This document shows positions 10,801 through 20,290 of a stretch of DNA of 64,000 nucleotides, piece after piece. How positions within the stretch are numbered: position 1 is the stretch's first letter; every line of letters starts with the position of its first letter. The position numbers and the translations under genes are program-made. The notes beneath the pieces are model-generated. The model had not been told where the DNA came from, did no database searches, and worked only from the letters and a program-made list of their open reading frames with translations. Source of the DNA: Candidatus Binatia bacterium (GTDB taxonomy: Bacteria > Desulfobacterota > Binatia > HRBIN30); the NCBI GenBank assembly GCA_038245295.1, contig JBBRSP010000016.1:32001-96000 (forward strand). The letters run 5' to 3'.

Positions 10801-13800
10801 CTACGGTTCGCCCTCGACGATCTCGATACGTTGTCCCGCGGTCAGCGACACCTCGTGAACGGTCCCGCTCGGCCAGGTGATGGTCGCGGTGCCGGTCGTG
10901 GTGTCACCCAGATTGAGCAGCAACCACGCACTATTTTGACTTTGAAAGCCCTGCGCCGAATGCACCGTATAGAAGTGGGTCGCCGAGCCGTGGACCTCGA
11001 TGCGCGCGCCGATCGCATCACGGTTGCTACGCGTACCAACCAGATGAATCGTCGTGGTATTCGCGCGCAGCGCCGGCTGCCGAATATACAGTGCGTTGAA
11101 CTGTCGTTGTTCGATTCCGTCGGGATTCACACCCCCGAGGCCGCCCTTCGGGTGTCCTCCGAGGCTGTAGAACACGTCGGTGTCGCCATCATGGTCAGGG
11201 TCACCGAGGATGATGCCGTGGGTACGCGTTAGACCATGGCCGCTGATGACCGGATCGCTGCAGCGGTGGAACTGCACCGGATGCATCGGGTCACCAACGA
11301 TGCCGTCGTTGCAGAAGATGATATCGACATCGGCGCGGCGCGGACTGCCGGTGCCGATCAAGACGTCGGGAAAACCATCGTCGTTGAGATCACCGACACC
11401 AAGCCCCATCGTGTTCTCTCCAGGGTCGGGATCATTGCGCATACCCAGGCCGACATTGTCGGCAAAGGCGACGAACGTACCGTCGCCCTGGTTGATCATC
11501 ACCAGATCCTGCGTCGACCAGCGGCCTAGGTAGAGATCGGGCAACCCGTCCTGGTTGAAATCAGCGGCGGCGGCCGAGAACACCAGCGAGTAGAGCTCCG
11601 GGCCATACTGGGAAATCAGGTTCTGCGTCACCTCCGTGAAGCCGGCGGCGCCGTCGTTACGATACAAATGATGCTGGTACATGCTCGGGATATACAGATC
11701 CTGATCACCGTCGAGGTCGTAGTCGAACCAAACCGGGTCTTTGCCTTCGATCAGCACGGCGTTGACGCCCAGGGCCGCCGCCACCTCGTCGAAATGGCCG
11801 TCGCCCCGATTGTGGTAGATCAGCGGGCGCCCATCGAGCTGCGTTGCGGCAAAGTCGAGCCAGCCGTCGTTGTCGTAGTCGGCCCAGGAAACGCCCCACC
11901 AAGGTCGCAGTGCGGGGCTAAGCCCGGCCTGCGCGGATACTTTCGTGAAGCGACCCAGCTGGCGCAGATCGTTGCGATACAAGGCCAGGTTCGAGTTGCC
12001 GCTGTAGCCGCCATTGGCGAGAAGGAGGTCGGGATCACCGTCGTTGTCGAAATCGCCAAACGCCTGGCCCCACGCGAGATACAAGTCACCGGCATCTACA
12101 CCGATGTCGACGGGAGAGAAGCGCGCGTGCCCCAGGTTGTGGTAGAGGCGCGACGTCCCATAGCCCGGAACCAAGCGGTCGTCCGTATCCGAAGCCCAGA
12201 TATCATCCCAGCCGTCGCCATCGACGTCGACAAAGGCGGCACCACGACCGTAGGCGCGCCTGTCGTTGAGGCCGGCTGCTTCGGCAAGGTTGCACATCTC
12301 AACCCCAGCCGAGCATACGAGCGGGCAACTCTGCCCGACGTTGCGTAGCGCGGCGACTAGGTCGGCGGCGCTGACCCGCCCCGTGAGCAGGGAGTCGACA
12401 CCACACGAACCGGCATGCGGGGCATCAAAAATAGCGTGGATGGTGGAGTCGATTTCATCGGCACTCACCATCGCATCGGCATTGCAATCGCCGGCGCACG
12501 CAGCCGGGCGCTGGAGCAGACTCATCACCATCGCATGGTTGGCTGCGGAAGCGTTGCCGTTCTGGCCGGTGGCACCGCCCGGAACAATGATCTTACCGCC
12601 GACGACGACTGCCGCCGCGCCCTGGCGATTCGTCAACATGTCGGGTAGCTGTTGCCAGCGATTGCTCTGCGGGGCATACGACTGCGTCTCGCCCAAAACC
12701 TGCGCCGCGGCGCTGCTCGGCGCACCGCCGAAGACGACGAGCGCTCCGTCATACACCGCTCCGGCAAAATCGGCCCGTGGACTGGGCAGATTGGGCAGAT
12801 CGTCACGCCAGGTGTTCTGCCGCGGATCATACGCTTCCAGCACGTCCAGAGGGTGGGCGTCGCGCCCGCCGACAGCATAGAGGATGTTGTCGATCGCGCC
12901 GGCCACGAGTTGCTGGCGGGCCGTGGGCATCGCCGTCAACCCGGTCCACGTGTCCGTGTCGACGTCATACGTGGCAAGATCTGCAACCGCCCTTCCGTCG
13001 CGTTGACCGCCAACGACATAGATCTGGCTACCGATCACCACCGCCGCCGCCGCCCCACGCGCCGTCGGAAGATCGGCGCGCCGTTCCCAGTGATCGGCGT
13101 CCGCATCGTAGGCATAGACCGCGCGCACCGCGGTCGCCCCGGAGCCGCTCAAACCGCCGATGGCATAAAGGCGATCGCCCGCAACAGCCACGGCGACGTG
13201 ATGCAAGGCCTGCGGCAACGACGCGGCGGCGAACCAATTGTTGAGGATCGGATCGTAGGACTCGACGCTATCCAACACCTCGCCGCGGCTACCGCTGCCG
13301 CCGACGACGTAGACTCGGCCGCGCAGCAGCGCCGCGCCTGCTGCCTGCCGTGCCTCCGGCATGGGAATGAGCGATTCCCAATACGGCAACCGCACTGGAC
13401 CCATGGACGGCGTCGGGGAACGAGTCGGCGTCGCGCTTGCCCGCAACGTCGGGGTGGCCGTTCTTGTCGGCACGAGAAGCGATGCCGTCGGCGTCGGGGT
13501 GTCGCCTGCTGCGGTCGGGGTCGGACTTGCCGGCATCCCACCGCACGTCGCCTGCACCGTTCCCAAAGCTACGCCGTCCGGCGAAGGCCCGACCGGGATC
13601 GTTGCCACGACCTGATTTGTGGCCGTGTCGATGACCGACACGCTGTCGGAAAAGAAGTTGCTTACGTAGAGCGTCTGGCCGGACGGATCGAAGGCGAGAT
13701 CCGCAGGACCGTTGCCCACCATGATCGAGTCGACAACCATGTCCGTCGTTGTGTCGAGCACAAGCACGAAATTATTTTCTTGACTGGCAATGTAGGCGAA

Positions 13801-14523
13801 GCGGGCATCCTGGCTCAGCCGGATCGCGACAAAATCACCGTAATCCAAGACGATCGTCCGCTTCACGGCTCGAGTTGTCGTGTCGATGACCGAGATGGAG
13901 TGATCGCCGGCGTTGGCGACGTAGGCCAAGCCACCGACCGGAGTAAACGTCAGCGCCATCGGCGCAACGCCGACGGGTATTGTATCGATCACCGCCTGGC
14001 GCTGCGTATCGATGACAGAGACAGTGTTGTCATTCGCGTTGGTGACGTAGACGAACGCGCCGTCGGGGGTGACGTCGAGTCGGCCCGGACGCCGCCCAAC
14101 ACCGATCACCGTCTTCGCCTCGTTGGTGGCTGTGTCGATGACGGAGACCGAGTCGTCGAGACTATTCGAGACGTACAGGAATGACCCGTCGGGATTCAGT
14201 ACCGCCGCTTTCGATCCGGCGGCGGCGCGTGCATAGGCCACGGCCATGTTGATCCTGGTATCGATGACGGCGACGAAAAACCCACCCTGACCGTTGAATT
14301 GCCCAGGAAACTCGCTGGTAACGTAGACACGTTCGCCGTTCGGGTGCACCACCGGGAAGGCGGGGGCTGGACCGACATCGATGCGCGCCTGCGTCAGGCG
14401 CGTCGTCGTGTCGACGACGGAGAGCGTGCTGTCGCGGCGGTTCGCCACGTAGAGACAGGTGGCGGGCCACACCGGTTCGACCAAGGCGATGAGCACCAAC
14501 GCACAGACCCAAAAGAGCTTCAC
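10801..14523 (-). CDS. Large secreted protein: YVTN beta-propeller, P/T linker, Kelch propeller, dockerin-like module, FG-GAP/ASPIC-UnbV domain
   Basis: GTG start overlapping the upstream stop (GTGA); YVTN/YVAN..VSVIDT repeats; VYVVGG/LYAIGG Kelch repeats; CAGDCNAD; DxDxDG repeats; NRDAIGARI. Confidence 0.88.
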   Translation of the reverse strand: MKLFWVCALVLIALVEPVWPATCLYVANRRDSTLSVVDTTTRLTQARIDVGPAPAFPVVHPNGERVYVTSEFPGQFNGQGGFFVAVIDTRINMAVAYARAAAGSKAAVLNPDGSFLYVSNSLDDSVSVIDTATNEAKTVIGVGRRPGRLDVTPDGAFVYVTNANDNTVSVIDTQRQAVIDTIPVGVAPMALTFTPVGGLAYVANAGDHSISVIDTTTRAVKRTIVLDYGDFVAIRLSQDARFAYIASQENNFVLVLDTTTDMVVDSIMVGNGPADLAFDPSGQTLYVSNFFSDSVSVIDTATNQVVATIPVGPSPDGVALGTVQATCGGMPASPTPTAAGDTPTPTASLLVPTRTATPTLRASATPTRSPTPSMGPVRLPYWESLIPMPEARQAAGAALLRGRVYVVGGSGSRGEVLDSVESYDPILNNWFAAASLPQALHHVAVAVAGDRLYAIGGLSGSGATAVRAVYAYDADADHWERRADLPTARGAAAAVVIGSQIYVVGGQRDGRAVADLATYDVDTDTWTGLTAMPTARQQLVAGAIDNILYAVGGRDAHPLDVLEAYDPRQNTWRDDLPNLPSPRADFAGAVYDGALVVFGGAPSSAAAQVLGETQSYAPQSNRWQQLPDMLTNRQGAAAVVVGGKIIVPGGATGQNGNASAANHAMVMSLLQRPAACAGDCNADAMVSADEIDSTIHAIFDAPHAGSCGVDSLLTGRVSAADLVAALRNVGQSCPLVCSAGVEMCNLAEAAGLNDRRAYGRGAAFVDVDGDGWDDIWASDTDDRLVPGYGTSRLYHNLGHARFSPVDIGVDAGDLYLAWGQAFGDFDNDGDPDLLLANGGYSGNSNLALYRNDLRQLGRFTKVSAQAGLSPALRPWWGVSWADYDNDGWLDFAATQLDGRPLIYHNRGDGHFDEVAAALGVNAVLIEGKDPVWFDYDLDGDQDLYIPSMYQHHLYRNDGAAGFTEVTQNLISQYGPELYSLVFSAAAADFNQDGLPDLYLGRWSTQDLVMINQGDGTFVAFADNVGLGMRNDPDPGENTMGLGVGDLNDDGFPDVLIGTGSPRRADVDIIFCNDGIVGDPMHPVQFHRCSDPVISGHGLTRTHGIILGDPDHDGDTDVFYSLGGHPKGGLGGVNPDGIEQRQFNALYIRQPALRANTTTIHLVGTRSNRDAIGARIEVHGSATHFYTVHSAQGFQSQNSAWLLLNLGDTTTGTATITWPSGTVHEVSLTAGQRIEIVEGEP

Positions 14524-15806
14524 GGTTGAGTCTCCGTTGCAGGCAGACAGCCGTGCAGTTGCAAGTCGGAACCCGGCAAGATCGCGGTCGGGGACGCGCC
14601 GGTGCGAATCCACTGCGCCAACGCATCGAGGGCATCGCGGCTGACGGGCGCGAATCCAAGCGGCATGGGGGTGCCTGGCAAGTCGGCACGGCCGAGGGTT
14701 GCCTTGGCCAGGCGAACCCACAACACGCTGTGCTCTTCATCGCCGGGAGAAATCAGCTTGAACGGGCTCGAGGTCGAGTCGACTCCGACCAGGCGATCGT
14801 AGGAACCGTCGGCACGCAGGTCCAAGCCACCGCTACGCGCCTGCCCGTGGCAGGCACCGCTCGTGCAACCGTGACGCTCGAAAATGGCTCGTTGAATCAG
14901 AGCGTACGTGCTCGGTAGAACCTCGCAGTTCTTGCTGACGCAATCGGAACGGCACTCGTCGTCATTTACCGAGTTGCCGTCGTCGCATTCCTCGCCGGCT
15001 TCCTGCATGCCGTTGCCACACACGGGGGCCGGACACGTGACACCAGTTTGCGCGAACACCGCCCCGGCAAAACAATCGGAACGCTGCCCGATCGCGTCCA
15101 GCAGCGTGCCGGCGCCGGTCGGATAGGTGGTCGAGGTCGAACAAGCGTCTTGCACGTGTTGCTGCAATCGCGCCCGCACGCGCGCCAGGCGCTGTGTCGC
15201 CGCCGCGACAAGTCCCAACTTCGCGCTCGGCCCGTAATAGCGCGCGGCGATACGTCCGAAGGAAACTTCACGGGCGCGCAACCCGGTGCGGATCAGCTTC
15301 TCCGCCGCCCGCGAAACGGCACTCACACACGCATCGGGCGTGGTCGACGCAACGGCCACCGGCGCGCTTGTTTGCATTGGGCCGTACACCGCTGAAACCA
15401 GACTGGTCTCCAAATCGACACAGGTGTTGCGTACATGGTCCTGGGCATCGGCGATGGTACCCAATCCAAGTGCCGCAACTTCTTCGGGGGTGCAGGACGC
15501 TTGCACGGCTTGCGCCGCATGCTGTCGTTCGGCCAGCGAGCGCGCGCTCAAGGTATCCTGGTCGCACTGTGCTGCCGTTTCTTTGCCGGCCAGACAGCTG
15601 CGATGCGCCGTCCAGGTTCGATCGACGCATTGGCGAGCCGCCACGGCAACAGCTCGTTGGCAGCGTGCGGCGGTGCCGTAGTCACCCCAGAACAGCAGAT
15701 CGACGGCGCCATTGTGAGCGGCGGCGCTGCGGCTGATCAGAAGTACGAGACCAAGAACTACCTTATTGGGGATGGCGGTAGAGGAACCCCAGGTGAACCG
15801 AAGCAT
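14520..15806 (-). CDS. Secreted Cys-rich DUF4215 / CX4CH cytochrome-c-like protein (shorter paralog of 1-1975)
   Basis: Signal peptide ending SAAA-H; CGNGMQEAGEECDDGN; HGCTSGACHG; GTPMPLG; WIRTGA. Confidence 0.8.
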   Translation of the reverse strand: MLRFTWGSSTAIPNKVVLGLVLLISRSAAAHNGAVDLLFWGDYGTAARCQRAVAVAARQCVDRTWTAHRSCLAGKETAAQCDQDTLSARSLAERQHAAQAVQASCTPEEVAALGLGTIADAQDHVRNTCVDLETSLVSAVYGPMQTSAPVAVASTTPDACVSAVSRAAEKLIRTGLRAREVSFGRIAARYYGPSAKLGLVAAATQRLARVRARLQQHVQDACSTSTTYPTGAGTLLDAIGQRSDCFAGAVFAQTGVTCPAPVCGNGMQEAGEECDDGNSVNDDECRSDCVSKNCEVLPSTYALIQRAIFERHGCTSGACHGQARSGGLDLRADGSYDRLVGVDSTSSPFKLISPGDEEHSVLWVRLAKATLGRADLPGTPMPLGFAPVSRDALDALAQWIRTGASPTAILPGSDLQLHGCLPATETQP

Positions 15807-15953
15807 GCTGCGATAGAGGCGGCCAGCACTATCCGCCGCACAGCGGTCTGACAAGACGAATTTCCGCAGACGGTCATTTTGCTGGGCTCAGCGGTCAGTA
15901 GGAGCAATGAACCTGGCGCCCTGCTCTCAATCCGTGATTTGAGGCGACGAGTG

Positions 15954-16757
15954 TTAGGATCGGCGCCGGTCGACAACCCACATCTCGCCGGCAAGATGTT
16001 GCCCGCCGGTGACGTCGAGAGTCGTCCCGGTGGTCCAGGCCGAAGCCGGCGAGGCGAGGAAGACAACCGCCGACGCAACCTCTTCGACGCTGCCGAGTCG
16101 GCCCAGGGGAAGGTCGCCGGCGGCATCGACAACGCTGGCGTCGTAGCGGCTGTCAAAGCCGGAAGCCGCGATCGGTCCCGGCGCGACCGCATTGATACGG
16201 ATGCCATATTCAGCCCACTCCAAGGCCAGGGTCTTGGTCAAGTTCGCCACCCCGGCACGGGCTGCCGACGTATGGGCGTTGCCGGGAATGCCGCGGTAGT
16301 GGTTGGCGATGACATTGACGATGCGCCCACTGCCGGCAGCGATCATGCGGCGGCCGAAGGCCTGCGTCGCGTACCAGGTGCCATTGAGATTGGTGTTGAT
16401 GACGGCGTTCCAGCCGTTGGTCGAGTATTGCTCGGCGCGCTGGGCGAACTGGCCGCCGGCGTTGTTGACCAGGACATCGACGCGACCGTGGTGTTCGACG
16501 ACGAACTCCGCCAGCGCCTCGAGCTGATCTGGCTGCCGAATGTCACACACCTTGCTCAATGGTTTAACGCCGGTGGCCTGCTCAATCGCGGCGACCCCGT
16601 CTTCGAGGTGCGTCGGTTGCCGGCTGGCGATGACGACGCGCGCGCCGCAATCGATCAATGCGGTGGCAATCGCCCGACCGATACCGGTGCCACCGCCGGT
16701 GACCACGACGACATCGTCCTGCATCAGGTCATTGGCAAAGAAGCGCCCAGCACGCAT
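15954..16757 (-). CDS. Classical SDR (2,4-dienoyl-CoA / trans-2-enoyl-CoA reductase-like)
   Basis: TGGGTGIG, NNAGGQF, HTSAARAGV (non-canonical catalytic motif typical of this subfamily), NAVAPG. Confidence 0.88.
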   Translation of the reverse strand: MRAGRFFANDLMQDDVVVVTGGGTGIGRAIATALIDCGARVVIASRQPTHLEDGVAAIEQATGVKPLSKVCDIRQPDQLEALAEFVVEHHGRVDVLVNNAGGQFAQRAEQYSTNGWNAVINTNLNGTWYATQAFGRRMIAAGSGRIVNVIANHYRGIPGNAHTSAARAGVANLTKTLALEWAEYGIRINAVAPGPIAASGFDSRYDASVVDAAGDLPLGRLGSVEEVASAVVFLASPASAWTTGTTLDVTGGQHLAGEMWVVDRRRS

Positions 16758-16848
16758 GCGCAGCGAAATAGCCCTCGCCATCTGGAAACACCACAAGCAC
16801 CGGGAGGCGCCCTCCCGATGGAGACTGCCGAGAAACTCGGAGCCACCC

Positions 16849-17094
16849 CGTCATCCCGGCGAAAGAGGGTGTCGATTTACTCGGAAACCATACTTGAAAC
16901 CGAGCAGACCTATCGGTCATACCGGCGACAGCCGGTATCTCGCCAGCTTTCGAGGCTTCCGGCAGGGGGAGATCCCGGTTTTCACCGGGATGACGTTGCT
17001 CCACTTTGGTTTTACGCCCGTCTCGAAAGCCGGGATCTCCTCGGCCGGAATCGCAGAAATGCTGGGGAGATTCCGGCTTTCGCCGGAATGACGG
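16849..17094. repeat. Cluster of GTCAT(T/C)CCGGCGAAAGCCGG-type palindromic REP elements
   Basis: cgtcatcccggcgaaag (16849), ggtcataccggcgacagccggtatctc...gagatcccggttttcaccgggatgacg (16915-16995), ...gagattccggctttcgccggaatgacgg (to 17094). Confidence 0.8.
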
Positions 17095-17262
17095 AGGCAT
17101 TTGTAGGCCTTCAAACGCGCCATCAGAGACAATCGACAGTCTCCATGGCTTGGATGTCACTTGCGTGAGCCTCGCTGTCGAGTGAAGCTAGGACCGACTC
17201 AAGGGCGGCGGCTGGGCGGCACTGAAACCGGCCGACGCAACCGAACAAGCGGGCTGACAGCA

Positions 17263-18555
17263 ATGCATTTGCAGGACTTTCGGGTGGAGATGATTGGCCA
17301 TGCCACGCTGCGTGCGCATTGCAACGGGCGCACGTTGCTCACCGATCCGTGGTTGATCGATCCGATCGTGCTGAACAGCACGTTTCATTTCCCTCGCCTC
17401 GTGCACGACCCGAAGCAACTCGCTGCCGGCACCGACGCCATCTACATCTCCCACGTCCATCCCGACCATTTACATCCGCCGAGTCTGGATCTGTTCTCCA
17501 GGACAACGCCGATCTTCATCGGCGAACACCGCAAGAAGGGCTTCCGCGACAGCCTGCGAAGCCTCGGTTTCCCGGTAGTCGAGCTGCCGTTCAACCGGGA
17601 GGCCGCCGTCCCCGGCACCGACTTCCGCATCACCATCATCGACCACGACTTCGAAGAGAGTGCGGCCCACGACTCGGCAATGCTTCTACGCACCCCCGAG
17701 TTCAGCTTGTTCAACAACAACGACTGCGTCCTGCACGCGGCAAAATACGAGTGGATACGCCGTCGTGGGAGCATCGACTACGCATTCCTCGGCTACTCGC
17801 CCGCGTCGTTCTTTCCAATCTGCTTCGAGCTCGATGCGCGAGAAAAGGACGCCTTGCTAACGGCCTCGGTAGAACACCGATACGATCGTTTTGTCGAAGC
17901 GGCCCTGACCTTACGCCCGGGACTCACCGTGCCGTTCGCCAGCGGCCTGCGATTTCTGGAGACGCGCGCCCTATGGAAGAATGCCGCCTTCAGCTCGGCT
18001 CCGGAGGCAGCCCGGCGGTTGACGGCCCTCGGCCTGCGCGCCGAAGTGATGGGTCCGGGGGATCGCCTGCGGACCGACGGTAGCATCGAACGTGTCAGCC
18101 CTATCCTGGAGGGCGACGCAGAAACCACAGCCATCGCCGCGTACGCTCGGCAGATTGAAGGATGGGTGGCCGAACTGACGCAACGCGAACCGGCGCCGCA
18201 GCCCGATCTCGTCGATCGGTTCCGCCGCTACGTTCTGCAGCGCTGGGAGCAAACATGCGAACGACTGCCCGGCATCCGCAGCCATGTCATCGCCTACGTA
18301 CTGAGTGGCGCGCAGGAGCACCGATTCTATTTCGATTTTTCAAAGCCACCCGAGAACGTGTTCCACTGGGGTGACCCAGAGTCCTACGACATGCGCTACA
18401 CCTACGACGCCGCCGCGCTGCAGCAGAAACTCGACGGGCAGATCGATTGGGACGAGTTGCATTTCACCGCCACGTCGGTGCACCAGGTGCGTTATGCCCG
18501 CGACTTCTACATCATGCTGCGCAGCGAAACGCTTGATCTGGATCGCTGCGTATGA
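17263..18555 (+). CDS. Metallo-beta-lactamase-fold protein, CMP-Neu5Ac hydroxylase/NamH/UlaG-like
   Basis: GHATL..LLTDPWL, YISHVHPDHLH (HxHxDH), DSAMLL..FNNNDC, VPFASG. Confidence 0.75.
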   Translation: MHLQDFRVEMIGHATLRAHCNGRTLLTDPWLIDPIVLNSTFHFPRLVHDPKQLAAGTDAIYISHVHPDHLHPPSLDLFSRTTPIFIGEHRKKGFRDSLRSLGFPVVELPFNREAAVPGTDFRITIIDHDFEESAAHDSAMLLRTPEFSLFNNNDCVLHAAKYEWIRRRGSIDYAFLGYSPASFFPICFELDAREKDALLTASVEHRYDRFVEAALTLRPGLTVPFASGLRFLETRALWKNAAFSSAPEAARRLTALGLRAEVMGPGDRLRTDGSIERVSPILEGDAETTAIAAYARQIEGWVAELTQREPAPQPDLVDRFRRYVLQRWEQTCERLPGIRSHVIAYVLSGAQEHRFYFDFSKPPENVFHWGDPESYDMRYTYDAAALQQKLDGQIDWDELHFTATSVHQVRYARDFYIMLRSETLDLDRCV

Positions 18556-18628
18556 ACCGGCGCGAGGTGCGACTGCTCTTGGCCGCACGCGTCGCCATGT
18601 TGAGTCACTACCGGGATGATACTAGAGG

Positions 18629-19975
18629 GTGCTGCCTGTGATGATGTTGGAGTGCCCTCCCGGCGGCCTACCGCAAGGCCCAGACCTATCGCCCGAAGAG
18701 ACAACGTTTCGCTGGCTCGGGCGGCCCTACGCCTTCCTCGACGACTGTGCGGCCCAATACGGCGACAGCTTCACACTGCACTTCAAGCGCTTCGGCACAC
18801 ACGTGGTGGTAAGCCACCCGGAGGATGTTTTCGCCGTGTTTTCCGGCGATCGGAACGTCCTGCATGCCGGGCGCGGCAATGCTTTGCTCGAGCCGGTGCT
18901 CGGAGCCGGCTCCGTTCTGCTCGCCGATGGCGACGAACACCTGGCGCAGCGGGTGCTCCTGCAACCGGCCTTTCGCAGCGACTCGTTGCCCGCCTATGCG
19001 CGCGCTGTCGTCGAAGCGACGCGACGCTGGACGGCAACGTGGGAGGACGGTGAGCAGGTCAGCATCCAGAACACGGCTCTGGAGATTTCCAAGGAAGTGA
19101 TCCTGCGCATTGTCTTCGGCCTGTCCGGCAGCAGCCTCACCGAGATGAGCAAACTCGTGCACGAGCTCATGATGCTGGTCGCGACCAACGCGACGTTCGA
19201 CGAGCAGAGCACCGAGGCGCGCCTGTTGCAGCGCTTCCGCAGCGCCAAGGCGGCGCTCGACGAACACCTGCAAGATCTCATCGAACGGCGGCGCCGCGAG
19301 ACAACGATCGTGGGCAACGATGTTTTGTCGACTCTCGTCGCGGCGCGGACAACGGGTGGTGGAGAGCTGAGCGACGCCGCGATTCGCGATCAGCTCGTCA
19401 CGATGATCCTCGCCGGCCACGAAACAACCGCCAGCTCGATCACCTGGGCGCTTGTCTGCTTGCACAATGAGACACCGGTGTTGCAACGGCTGACGGCCGA
19501 AATCGATGCTGGCAAACACCTACCCGACGCGCATCTCGGCGAACTTCCGTATTTGCAGGCGGTGGCCTTGGAAACCTTGCGGCTGCGTCCGGTCATCCCA
19601 GTCGTCTCGCGCCAGGTGCAGGCGCCGTTCCGCTTGCGTGACCGCACTTTGGAGCCGGGCGTCTATGTGACGCCGTGCGCCTATCTCGCCCACCGGCGCG
19701 CCGACAGCTTTGCGGATCCACAGGTGTTCCGTCCCGAGCGCTTCCTCGATCGACGCTACGCCCCGTACGTCTATTTCCCGTTCGGCGGTGGCGTCCGCCG
19801 CTGCATGGGCATGTCCTTTGCGTTGCTCGAGATGCAAATCGTCGTCGGCATCTTGCTGCGCACGTTCCGCTTCGCGCCGCTCATCGGCGCCTCCGTGCGT
19901 CCGGTCCGTCGGGCCGTTACCATTGTTGCTTCGGGTGGTGGCAAGATGAAGATTGCCACCCGCGCCGCAGCATAG
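18629..19975 (+). CDS. Cytochrome P450
   Basis: AGHETT I-helix, ETLR, FRPERF, PFGGGVRRCMG heme-Cys motif. Confidence 0.96.
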   Translation: MLPVMMLECPPGGLPQGPDLSPEETTFRWLGRPYAFLDDCAAQYGDSFTLHFKRFGTHVVVSHPEDVFAVFSGDRNVLHAGRGNALLEPVLGAGSVLLADGDEHLAQRVLLQPAFRSDSLPAYARAVVEATRRWTATWEDGEQVSIQNTALEISKEVILRIVFGLSGSSLTEMSKLVHELMMLVATNATFDEQSTEARLLQRFRSAKAALDEHLQDLIERRRRETTIVGNDVLSTLVAARTTGGGELSDAAIRDQLVTMILAGHETTASSITWALVCLHNETPVLQRLTAEIDAGKHLPDAHLGELPYLQAVALETLRLRPVIPVVSRQVQAPFRLRDRTLEPGVYVTPCAYLAHRRADSFADPQVFRPERFLDRRYAPYVYFPFGGGVRRCMGMSFALLEMQIVVGILLRTFRFAPLIGASVRPVRRAVTIVASGGGKMKIATRAAA

Positions 19976-19999
19976 GAGTGCCCCGGAACGAGGTTACCC

Positions 20000-20290
20000 A
20001 TGGAGAATGGACACATCAGCCCCGATCGCCCCGCGGTGCTCGCCAAAGTTCGCCACGCGATCGCCGAGGTGCTGGCTGACAACCGCGTCGAGGTGAAGGT
20101 CGCCGATCACCTGGTTGACGACCTTGGCCTCGACTCAACCAGCATCGCCAGCCTGACGATCGCTCTCGAGGACGAGTTCGATGAAGTCTTGCTCCTCAAC
20201 GATTGGATCGCCGAGGCGCATAGCCCGAGTGATCTCACTGTCGATTCGCTGGTCGACTATCTGATGGGTTTGCTAGCGGAGAGTGATTGA
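20000..20290 (+). CDS. Acyl carrier protein
   Basis: Acidic 96 aa; DDLGLDSTSIASLTIALEDEF phosphopantetheine Ser motif. Confidence 0.9.
   Translation: MENGHISPDRPAVLAKVRHAIAEVLADNRVEVKVADHLVDDLGLDSTSIASLTIALEDEFDEVLLLNDWIAEAHSPSDLTVDSLVDYLMGLLAESD

Noticed and set aside
8746..14523. Enediyne cluster suggested by UnbV-like domains
   Set aside because: No PksE, thioesterase or other enediyne cassette genes in the window; ASPIC/UnbV domains are widespread
16849..17094. Possible CRISPR array
   Set aside because: Repeats are degenerate, inverted and irregularly spaced, and there are no cas genes; REP-like instead
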